DNA from: Thermoplasmatota archaeon
GTDB taxonomy: Archaea; Thermoplasmatota; E2; JACPAO01; JAHFTW01
Direction of reading: 5' to 3'
Assembly (NCBI GenBank): GCA_041622435.1
Contig: JBFJYU010000001.1
Span: 1-40,337 of the forward strand
DNA: 40,337 nucleotides
Below the pieces are notes generated by a model. That model saw only the letters and a list, made by a program, of their open reading frames with translations. It was not told where the DNA came from and did not search any database. Each line of letters opens with the position of its first letter. Within the stretch, counting starts at the first letter, position 1. The translations under genes were made by a program, and so were the position numbers. Shown here piece by piece: positions 25,186 through 32,525 of the stretch.

Positions 25186-26166
25186 GTGGTTATCGTGACC
25201 GTTTCCAAGACGCTACTCCTGTTCGCCCTGGTGGCGGCCACTGGCCTGTCCGGCTGCTTCGGCGCCGGCAACACGCTCCAGGCGACCATGACGTACACCG
25301 CGTACGACCCCGACACCGGCGCCGTGCTGGTCGACGATGCCACCGGCGCCCCCATTGCCGGCGTCTCCATCACCTTCCACCCCGGCAGCGGCGACTCCGG
25401 CTTTGGCACCGAATTCGAGCGCCAGGTCATGGCGGCGGGCGTCAACCAGACCGTCAACGTCACCACCCGGGCGGACTACGTGGAACAGGTCGGACGCGAG
25501 CGCGTGTTCCCGTCCAGTTCCGCGCTTGTCGAGGTCGGCTACGCCGAATTCGTCGGCGCCCTGGGCGAGCCCACGGTCGGCCAGACGTTCGACTACAGCC
25601 AGCTTTACCCAGCGCGCGTCGAGGTCGTGAACGAGCCGATCACCGAAGACGCGGTCGTCACGGAGACCGATCCTGATACGGGCGAGACGACCGAGCGCAC
25701 CGAAACCAGGGTCGTGCAGCCGGGAACCGTCACCTTCCGCGTCATCCCCGAACCGGGACAACGCGACCCGGTCCCCGCTGTCGGCGCCGTCCTGATCACC
25801 CTGGTCGAAGGCGACCAGATCACGCAGATGCTGGAACCCACCGTCGGCGCGAAGTTCCCCATCATGGCCAGTCCCCAGGGAACGCCCCTCGGCCTGGCGC
25901 CCGGCCAATACCGGACGGTCGGCGCCAATGAGACGGCCATTCTGTACGAGTTCAGCCCGCACCCGTCGGCCATGCTGCTGGGCCGGGATGTCCTGATCCA
26001 GGCAACCCTGACATCGGTCACCTCGGCGGCCCTCGGCGAGGCCCCACCGGCCAGTGGAGCCAACTTCGGTGCTCGGACAAGCCCCCAGCTCAACGCCCCG
26101 GCCGTCGGCCCCGCCGACGCTGGACATGACCACGGTGACGACGGCCACGGCGGCCACGATCACTGA
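25186..26166 (+). CDS. Paralogous SlyD/FKBP-like lipoprotein (tentative) with a short His/Asp-rich tail
   Basis: Lipobox ATGLSGC. TMTYTAYDPDTGAVLV...VGQTFDY...LLGRDVLIQATLTSV parallels the upstream gene. The tail is GHDHGDDGHGGHDH. The start is GTG 25186 or GTG 25195. Confidence 0.6.
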   Translation: MVIVTVSKTLLLFALVAATGLSGCFGAGNTLQATMTYTAYDPDTGAVLVDDATGAPIAGVSITFHPGSGDSGFGTEFERQVMAAGVNQTVNVTTRADYVEQVGRERVFPSSSALVEVGYAEFVGALGEPTVGQTFDYSQLYPARVEVVNEPITEDAVVTETDPDTGETTERTETRVVQPGTVTFRVIPEPGQRDPVPAVGAVLITLVEGDQITQMLEPTVGAKFPIMASPQGTPLGLAPGQYRTVGANETAILYEFSPHPSAMLLGRDVLIQATLTSVTSAALGEAPPASGANFGARTSPQLNAPAVGPADAGHDHGDDGHGGHDH

Positions 26167-26999
26167 TCGAGCAGGGCAGCGGCGACGCGAACGGCTTGCA
26201 CCGTCTCGCCAACATCGTGGACGCGCACGATGGCAGCGCCACCTAGCACGGCGGCAACGGCCACGGCCACGGAGCCACCGAGGCGGCGGGCCGGCTCGGG
26301 CTCTCCCGTCACGGCGCCGATGAAGCGCTTTCGGCTCGCGCCGACCAGGATGGGGCAGCCAAGATCGACGAGCCGTGGCAGGGCTCGTACGATGGCGAGG
26401 TTGTCAGCGGGGTCGGCGCCGGGCCGGGCGCCAAAACCAAGCCCTGGGTCAAGCACCACGGCGGCGCGGGCAATGCCTGCCTGGACAGCGCGCTCCAGGA
26501 GAGCGGCGAGCCGCGTACGGGTGTGCTCCACGATGTCGCCGTCGCCGTCGTCCCAGCGCATGAGTACCACCGCGCAGTCGGCGTCTCGCACCACCCGCGC
26601 CATATGGGGGTCGCCCAGTCCGCTGACATCATTGACGAAGTCGGCGCCGGCGACCAGGGCGGCCCGGGCGACGCTCGCCTTCGACGTGTCGATGCTGATG
26701 ACGGCATCCGGCCGCGCGGCGCGAATGGCCCCGATGGCTGGCGCGATGCGGGCTTCCTCGACGTCCGCGGGCACGGGCGCCGCTCCGGGGCGGGTCGATT
26801 CGCCACCAACGTCGAGGATGTCGGCGCCCGCGTCGAGCATGTCGATCGCGCGTGCAGCGACCGCCGCGGGACTGGTCAGTTCGCCGCCATCGCTGAAGGA
26901 GTCAGGCGTGACGTTCAGAATCCCCATGACGAGCGGGCGATCGAGCACGAGGGTGCGGCCGCCAGCCAGCGGCAGTGACCGCGGGGCCAGTGCGGTCAC
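26160..26999 (-). CDS. folP: Dihydropteroate synthase
   Basis: GILNVTPDSFSDGG, DVGGESTRPG and the SRKRFIG-type motif. The GTG start overlaps the stop of the upstream micro-ORF (GTGA). Confidence 0.92.
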   Translation of the reverse strand: MTALAPRSLPLAGGRTLVLDRPLVMGILNVTPDSFSDGGELTSPAAVAARAIDMLDAGADILDVGGESTRPGAAPVPADVEEARIAPAIGAIRAARPDAVISIDTSKASVARAALVAGADFVNDVSGLGDPHMARVVRDADCAVVLMRWDDGDGDIVEHTRTRLAALLERAVQAGIARAAVVLDPGLGFGARPGADPADNLAIVRALPRLVDLGCPILVGASRKRFIGAVTGEPEPARRLGGSVAVAVAAVLGGAAIVRVHDVGETVQAVRVAAALLDQ

Positions 27000-27121
27000 C
27001 CCAGCAGCGCGCGCCTGGCCTGGGCGAGGGACTGGGGTAACAGCAGCAAGCCGGCCAGGGCAACCATGGCGGCGGCTGCGGAGCCAAGGACCAGCACCAG
27101 GATCAGGATCAGGTCGATCAT
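26996..27121 (-). CDS. 41-codon hydrophobic micro-ORF between pabC and folP (speculative)
   Basis: Hand translation: MIDLILILVLVLGSAAAAMVALAGLLLLPQSLAQARRALLG. GC3 is high. The ATG lies one codon (GCA) after, and in frame with, the pabC stop TGA. Its own TGA overlaps the folP GTG. Confidence 0.3.
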   Translation of the reverse strand: MIDLILILVLVLGSAAAAMVALAGLLLLPQSLAQARRALLG

Positions 27122-27124
27122 TGC

Positions 27125-28066
27125 TCAGTCTCCGTTGACGCGGTCGCGGCCACCGCGAATCATGGCCTCCAGGCTGTGGGAGACCTGCATCGTGAGGTCA
27201 CCCTTCTCGCCGGGACCAAGGGGTTGATCCTGGTAGCGCGTGATCGGGAGAACGCCGCCAACGGTGTTGGTTAGCCAGGCCTCGTCGGCCTTGGCGAGGG
27301 TCGCCGGCTCCAGTTCATCGACGACCTCGAAGTCGCCCTCCGCCAGGAGTTCAAGCACTGCGGCGCGGGTGACGCCGGCTCGGGCGCCCTCCTCGGGGCC
27401 CGGCGCGTACACCGTGTCCCCGGAGCGGGCAAAGATGTTGCTCGTGGTTGCCTCGCAGACGCGTCCGTGTTCGTTGAGCAGGATCGCATCGTGGGCCATG
27501 AGCCGGAGCGCCTCGCGGCGGGCTGCGATGTGGGGCAGGAAGCTCAGGGTTTTGCAGACGGCCAGGGGGTCTCCGGTGAATTTGCGCTGCCGGGCCACGA
27601 CGACATGGACGCCGAGGCTGTGGTAGCGCATTGGGTACGGCTTGAACTTCTTGGTGAGGCCCGTGATGGCGTAACCGCGGCCGTCGCCGGTCAGGTCGTC
27701 CAGGACGCCTCCGGTGACGTTGACGCGCAGGTACAATTCGTCGCCGAATTCGTTGCGCCCGCGGTGGACCAGGGCCTCGATGGCGGCGCGGGTCTCGTCG
27801 AGAACACCCTCAACGAGCCCAATGGCGGCTGCGGACCGACCCAGTTGCTCGAGGTGGTCTTCGAGCCTGAAGAGGCGGCCGTTGGAGGTCCGCAGGGTCT
27901 CGAAGACGCCGTCGCCGAGAAGGTAGCCCCGGTCGTTCAGGGGAACCCGCGCGTCGCGCAGGTCGACCACTTCTCCACCGACGTAAGCCAGCCCTTCCGC
28001 GGGCTGGTTGGCGGTGTCTTCGACCAGGGACGACGTGATGGTGGCGGCGGGCGGCTTTGTGCTCAT
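27125..28066 (-). CDS. pabC: Class IV aminotransferase-fold protein. The operon context suggests aminodeoxychorismate lyase.
   Basis: NDRGYLLGDGVFETLR, and operon context with pabB, folC and folP. ATG 28066 overlaps the pabB/A stop (ATGA). The track extension to 28666 is Arg/Pro junk inside pabB/A. Confidence 0.75.
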   Translation of the reverse strand: MSTKPPAATITSSLVEDTANQPAEGLAYVGGEVVDLRDARVPLNDRGYLLGDGVFETLRTSNGRLFRLEDHLEQLGRSAAAIGLVEGVLDETRAAIEALVHRGRNEFGDELYLRVNVTGGVLDDLTGDGRGYAITGLTKKFKPYPMRYHSLGVHVVVARQRKFTGDPLAVCKTLSFLPHIAARREALRLMAHDAILLNEHGRVCEATTSNIFARSGDTVYAPGPEEGARAGVTRAAVLELLAEGDFEVVDELEPATLAKADEAWLTNTVGGVLPITRYQDQPLGPGEKGDLTMQVSHSLEAMIRGGRDRVNGD

Positions 28067-30156
28067 GGGGTGGTCTCCAAGAAGGCCAGGACGATCTCCA
28101 GTCCCCGGTCGGTTGAAAGGGATTCCGGGTGCACCTGCAGACCCCAGGTGGGGTGCTGGTTGTGGCGGAGGGCCATGATGCGGCCGTCGGCAAGCCGGCC
28201 GGTCACCCGCAGCGTCGCGGGGAGGTCGGTTTCTGACACGATGAGGGAGTGGTAGCGTGTGGCTGTCCATGGCGATGGCGCGGCGGCGAGCGGGCCGCGG
28301 CCGTCGTGGGTGATCGTGTCGGTCTTGCCGTGCACGGGCGGGCATTGGACGACGTTGGCGCCGAAGGCTGTCGCGATGGCTTGGTGGCCGAGGCAGACGC
28401 CGAGGATGGGGATCCGGCCGGACAGGGCCTTGACGATCTCGATGCTGCAGCCGGCGTCCTCGGGTCGGCCGGGGCCGGGGCTGATGATCAGGTGGGTGGG
28501 GTCGAAGGCCTCGACGGCGGCGCGCCAGTCGGCGTCGTTGCGCAGGACCTGGACCTCGGCGCCGAGGGCGGCGGCGTAGTCGGCGAGGTTGTGGACGAAG
28601 CTGTCCTCGTTGTCGATCACCAGGACCCGGGCCTGGACTTGTCGGGGCGGTTGCGGGGGCGACCACGACCCGTGTCGGGAGACCTCGCCGAGGCGGGCGC
28701 GGCTGCCGCCACCGGTGTCGCCGCTGGCGGCCTCAAGCAGCGCCTGGGCCTTGTTTCCAGCCTCGATCCATTCCCGCGTCGCCTCGCTGTCGGCCACGAT
28801 GCCGCTGCCGGCGGAGACGCTGGCCCGACCCCCGGCGAGAACCAGCGTGCGAATCATGATGTTCCACGCGGCGGCGCCGGAGAGGCTAAGGTAGCCCGCG
28901 CTGCCGGTGTAGGGCCCGCGCGCGACCGGCTCGGCCTCGTGGATGCGCTGCATCGCGCGCAATTTGGGGGCGCCGGTGATCGTGCCGCCGGGAAACAGGG
29001 CGGTCAGCCAGTCCACGAAGTGGGTGCCGGGGCGCACGCTGCCGGTCACCGACGAGACCAGGTGCATCACGTGGCGGTAGCGCTCGACGCTGTACGCCTC
29101 GGCGACGCGGGTGGTGCCGGGTACGCTGACGCGGGCGACGTCGTTGCGCACCAGGTCCACGAGCATCGTGTGCTCCGCCCGCTCCTTGGGGTCCGCCAGC
29201 AACTCCCGCTCCAGGGCCTCGTCGACGTTGGGTTCGGCTCCGCGCGGCCGCGTACCGGCGATCGGGCGGCTGGTGATGACGGCGCCACCCGCCGGGTCCG
29301 GCTGGACGGTGAAGAGCTGCTCCGGGCTGCCGCTCACGACGGCGTGGTCGCCGAAGTCAAGCAGCGCCATGTAGGGACTCGGATTGGCTTCCTGCAACCG
29401 CGCAAACAGCACGGCTGGGTCGGCGCGGCAGTCGGTCGTGAAGCGCGTGGAGATGTTGGCCTGGAACAGGTCGCCCTCGGCCACGTGGGCCTTCACGCGG
29501 TCGACGGCGGCCTCGAACCGCGCTTGGTCCATGCTGGGCGTCCACTCGCTTCCCGCCTCGGGCTCGATGGCAGGCGGCGGCGCCTGCCGGGCCGCTCGCG
29601 CCAGGGCCCCCACCCTGTCGCGGGGCCTGCGCAGGCCCTTGAGAACCCCCTCGGGCGCCGAGTCGGGAGGCCTGACCACGGTGGCGTGGGCGACGGCGGT
29701 TTGCTCGCGCCGGTCGAACACGATGGCGTCGAGGCAGAGGCGTAGCACCGCTTCGGGCAGCGGGTCTGCGTCCGAGCCGGCCCGGCCAGGCATACGGTCG
29801 TCCAGGTGGCGCCCGAACTCGTAACCGAAGTAGCCCACAAACCCGGCGGTGAATCCCGGCTCCATGTCCCCCCGACACCAGTCGCGGGCCAGGGCCTCAA
29901 GGTACTCGGCGGGGGCCTCGTCGCGTCGTCTCAGCACGCCGCCGCGCCAGCGCTCCACCACCGCGCCATGCTCCACGCGGACCTCCAGCAGCGGGGTCGT
30001 CGCCAGGATGGCCCGGTTCGAATCGGGGTGGTCGCCGAGGCCGTCCAGCAGGAGAACCTGGTGGCCGGCGGCCCGCAGCGCCCGGTACGCCTCAAGGGGG
30101 TCGACCCAAGGGAGTTCCTGGCTGCGCCGGCGCAGACCGCGACTACTGGGTGCCAC
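28063..30156 (-). CDS. pabB: Fused chorismate-utilising component I (PabB/TrpE-like) and C-terminal glutamine amidotransferase (PabA/TrpG-like). Probably aminodeoxychorismate synthase.
   Basis: Chorismate-binding motifs (NPSPYMALL, PGGTITGAPK). The GATase part begins at about 28630 (RVLVIDNEDSF, GVCLGHQ, HPES). The proposed GTG 30156 overlaps the folC 3' end by 14 nt. The track ORF start at 30519 lies inside folC. Confidence 0.85.
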   Translation of the reverse strand: MAPSSRGLRRRSQELPWVDPLEAYRALRAAGHQVLLLDGLGDHPDSNRAILATTPLLEVRVEHGAVVERWRGGVLRRRDEAPAEYLEALARDWCRGDMEPGFTAGFVGYFGYEFGRHLDDRMPGRAGSDADPLPEAVLRLCLDAIVFDRREQTAVAHATVVRPPDSAPEGVLKGLRRPRDRVGALARAARQAPPPAIEPEAGSEWTPSMDQARFEAAVDRVKAHVAEGDLFQANISTRFTTDCRADPAVLFARLQEANPSPYMALLDFGDHAVVSGSPEQLFTVQPDPAGGAVITSRPIAGTRPRGAEPNVDEALERELLADPKERAEHTMLVDLVRNDVARVSVPGTTRVAEAYSVERYRHVMHLVSSVTGSVRPGTHFVDWLTALFPGGTITGAPKLRAMQRIHEAEPVARGPYTGSAGYLSLSGAAAWNIMIRTLVLAGGRASVSAGSGIVADSEATREWIEAGNKAQALLEAASGDTGGGSRARLGEVSRHGSWSPPQPPRQVQARVLVIDNEDSFVHNLADYAAALGAEVQVLRNDADWRAAVEAFDPTHLIISPGPGRPEDAGCSIEIVKALSGRIPILGVCLGHQAIATAFGANVVQCPPVHGKTDTITHDGRGPLAAAPSPWTATRYHSLIVSETDLPATLRVTGRLADGRIMALRHNQHPTWGLQVHPESLSTDRGLEIVLAFLETTP

Positions 30157-31483
30157 GAATCTCCTCCACCGGTTCGCCCGTGATGGCCGCACGGGCCTCG
30201 CCGACCAGAAACAGGCTTCCGGCCACGAGGATCGTGCGTGCGCCCGCCTCGACGGCCAGCCGCAACGCCGTGGTGGCGTCCGGCGCCGCGTCGAAGGGCA
30301 TGAACTCGCCCTCCAGGTGTCGCCCGATGGGCGCCGGCGGCAGACCGCGCGGGGATCGCAGCGGCACCCCCCAGACATGGGCGGCCAGGGGAGCCCACTG
30401 GTCAAGCATGGTCTCCCAGGGCTTGTCGGCGGCGAAACCGACGATGAGATGGAATCCGGAAAGGTGGCGCTTGGCCAGGTGGCGGCGCAGGGCCACGGCG
30501 CCGGCCTCGTTGTGGGCACCGTCCAGGATGACTTCGACGAGCGCGTCGCCGGCGGCGGGACCGGCCAGCATGGACCCCTGCACGTGGACGCTCTCCATCC
30601 GGCCAGGCATCACCGTCTCCCGCAGCGCCGTATGCAGCGCCAGGTCGGGCACGCTGACCCCGAGCCCCCGCAGCGCGTCCACGGCCGCGACGGCCAGGGC
30701 CGCGTTGTCCAATTGGTGCTCGCCCGCCGGCCCCACGTCGTAATGCGCGTCGCCCCGCGGCGTGGCCAACCGCATGCCGTTGACATCGGGCACGATGTGG
30801 TAATCCTCGCCGAGAATGCTCATCGGCACCCGCAAGCCGTGGCTCGCGACCTTCAGTACAGACAGCGCGTCGCCGCTGACGCCGGTGACGCACGGCACGC
30901 CCGGCTTCATGATGCCCGCCTTCTCGGCCGCAATCAACCCGATGTGGTCCCCCAGGTAGCCCGCGTGGTCCAGGGAAACGTTGGTGATCACCGTCAGCAC
31001 GGGGTCAAGGACATTGGTGGCGTCCAGCCGGCCACCCATGCCGGTTTCGACCACGGCCCAGGTGACACCCTCGTCGCGAAACAGCACAAACGCAAGCGCC
31101 GTCACGATTTCGAAGAACGTGGGGGGCTGATCGTCGCCATCGAGCGCCTCGACGTGTGGCCGAATGGCCGCCAGCCCCTCGGCGACCGCCGAAGGCAACA
31201 CCTGGCGACCGTTGATTTCGATGCGTTCGGTGAAGCGAACCAGGTGCGGGCTCGTCGTCAAGCCCACCTTGTAACCGGCCGCCCGCAGGGCCCCCGCCAT
31301 GAAGCGCGCCACGCTGCCCTTGCCGTTGGTGCCCGCGATGTGGATCGAGCGAAACGCATCCTGCGGGTTGTCGAGCGCGGCCAGCAACCGACGCACCTTG
31401 TCCAGTCCGAGCTTGATGCCCAACGCCTGCCGGCCGTACAGCCACGCCAGCGCCTCCTCGTACGGCCACTCCAGATCGTCCAT
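30143..31483 (-). CDS. folC: Folylpolyglutamate synthase / dihydrofolate synthase
   Basis: P-loop HIAGTNGKGS and Mur-ligase-like domains. The ATG overlaps the purN stop by 1 nt (TGATG). Confidence 0.92.
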   Translation of the reverse strand: MDDLEWPYEEALAWLYGRQALGIKLGLDKVRRLLAALDNPQDAFRSIHIAGTNGKGSVARFMAGALRAAGYKVGLTTSPHLVRFTERIEINGRQVLPSAVAEGLAAIRPHVEALDGDDQPPTFFEIVTALAFVLFRDEGVTWAVVETGMGGRLDATNVLDPVLTVITNVSLDHAGYLGDHIGLIAAEKAGIMKPGVPCVTGVSGDALSVLKVASHGLRVPMSILGEDYHIVPDVNGMRLATPRGDAHYDVGPAGEHQLDNAALAVAAVDALRGLGVSVPDLALHTALRETVMPGRMESVHVQGSMLAGPAAGDALVEVILDGAHNEAGAVALRRHLAKRHLSGFHLIVGFAADKPWETMLDQWAPLAAHVWGVPLRSPRGLPPAPIGRHLEGEFMPFDAAPDATTALRLAVEAGARTILVAGSLFLVGEARAAITGEPVEEIRGTQ

Positions 31484-32157
31484 CAGAAACCGTCCGGGTA
31501 GAGGGCGCCAGGCAGCGGCCGCACGTCAGCGTCAAACCACGACGAACCGGCCTCGACGACCACGCCATCCGCTGCCGTGCGCACCTGGCCCCGCGCAATC
31601 AGGTCCACGGTGCGGGGCAGGATCTGGTGCTCCAGCGCCAGCACCCGCGCCGCCAGGCTCTCCATGGTATCGTCGCGAAGAATCGGCACCGCCGCCTGCA
31701 AGATGATCGGGCCGCCATCCAGGTCGGCCGTGACGAAATGGGTCGTGCAGCCTGCCACCCGCGCGCCGGCGGCCAGCGTGTCGCGCACGCCGTGGGCGCC
31801 CTTGAAACTGGGCAGCAGCGCCGGATGGATGTTGATGATGCGACCCGCAAACGCCTCGCAAAACGCCGTACCCAGGATGCGCATGAAGCCCGCCAGCACG
31901 ATCAGGTCAGGCCTCTCGGCCCGCAGCACCTCGATCAGGCGCGCGTCGTACGCCGCCGCCGACTCGCCGGTCTCGCGGGGCAATTCAACGAGCGCGGGAA
32001 CGCCGGCGGCCCGCGCTTTGTCCAGGCACGCGGCACCCGGCTTGTCCGTCAGGACCAGTCCCACGCGGGCGTCCACGCGCCCGGCGTCGATCTGACGCAG
32101 CAGGGCCTCCAGGTTGGAGCCGCGGCCGGAAGCGAGGACAGCGACCTTCAGGGTCAC
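31483..32157 (-). CDS. purN: Phosphoribosylglycinamide formyltransferase
   Basis: VAVLASGRGSNLEAL, INIHPALLP, and FVTADLDGGPII. Confidence 0.93.
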   Translation of the reverse strand: MTLKVAVLASGRGSNLEALLRQIDAGRVDARVGLVLTDKPGAACLDKARAAGVPALVELPRETGESAAAYDARLIEVLRAERPDLIVLAGFMRILGTAFCEAFAGRIINIHPALLPSFKGAHGVRDTLAAGARVAGCTTHFVTADLDGGPIILQAAVPILRDDTMESLAARVLALEHQILPRTVDLIARGQVRTAADGVVVEAGSSWFDADVRPLPGALYPDGF

Positions 32158-32229
32158 GCGGCCGGGCAGGCCCGGTGGATTTCAAGGGTTTGGGGACCGG
32201 TCTCGGCCCGGGGGCCGGCATCCGCCAGC

Positions 32230-32448
32230 CTACGCCCTGCACACCGGAGGTCGGCCATGGTCCACGGCTTGCGCTGACTGCCGCATGCAAACGGCCCGCC
32301 GTTCGAGTTCGCACAGCGCGCCTGGCACCGGGTCAAGGGGGTTGACGTAGCACGCGATGGCCGACGCCGTGTCGACGGCAGCCGGGCCCGGCGCGGCCAT
32401 CGACGCGATTGCAAACAGGGCGACGAACAGCATGATGCGGGGGAACAT
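32230..32448 (-). CDS. Small secreted 4-Cys peptide (72 aa precursor), hypothetical
   Basis: ATG 32448 gives the signal-like MFPRIMLFVALFAIASMAAPGPAAV, followed by a mature part with 4 Cys. GC3 is high. The track ORF starts at TTG 32472. Confidence 0.4.
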   Translation of the reverse strand: MFPRIMLFVALFAIASMAAPGPAAVDTASAIACYVNPLDPVPGALCELERRAVCMRQSAQAVDHGRPPVCRA

Positions 32449-32525
32449 GGCTGGGCACTCCCACGACGCCAAGCGGACTGCCCCGGTTTAGGCTTGGTGC
32501 CCGTGCAGGTGACGTTGCCCACCCG

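Noticed and set aside
23137-27138. ORFs 23137-24180(-), 24211-25176(-), 25213-26163(-) and 26230-27138(+)
   Set aside because: They are antisense to the aminotransferase, the two SlyD-like lipoproteins and folP, and have shadow-ORF composition.
30034-30043. GGTTCGAATC, a tRNA T-loop-like string
   Set aside because: It lies inside the pabB coding sequence. The flanking bases (CCCGG / CGGGG) do not form a 5-bp T-stem, and no acceptor or anticodon arms are evident. I found no tRNA anywhere in the window.
28249-31501. Long plus-strand ORFs 28249-29745 (498 aa) and 29849-31501 (550 aa)
   Set aside because: They are antisense to pabB/A and folC, which have clear enzyme motifs, and their translations are low-complexity Gly/Arg/Ala.
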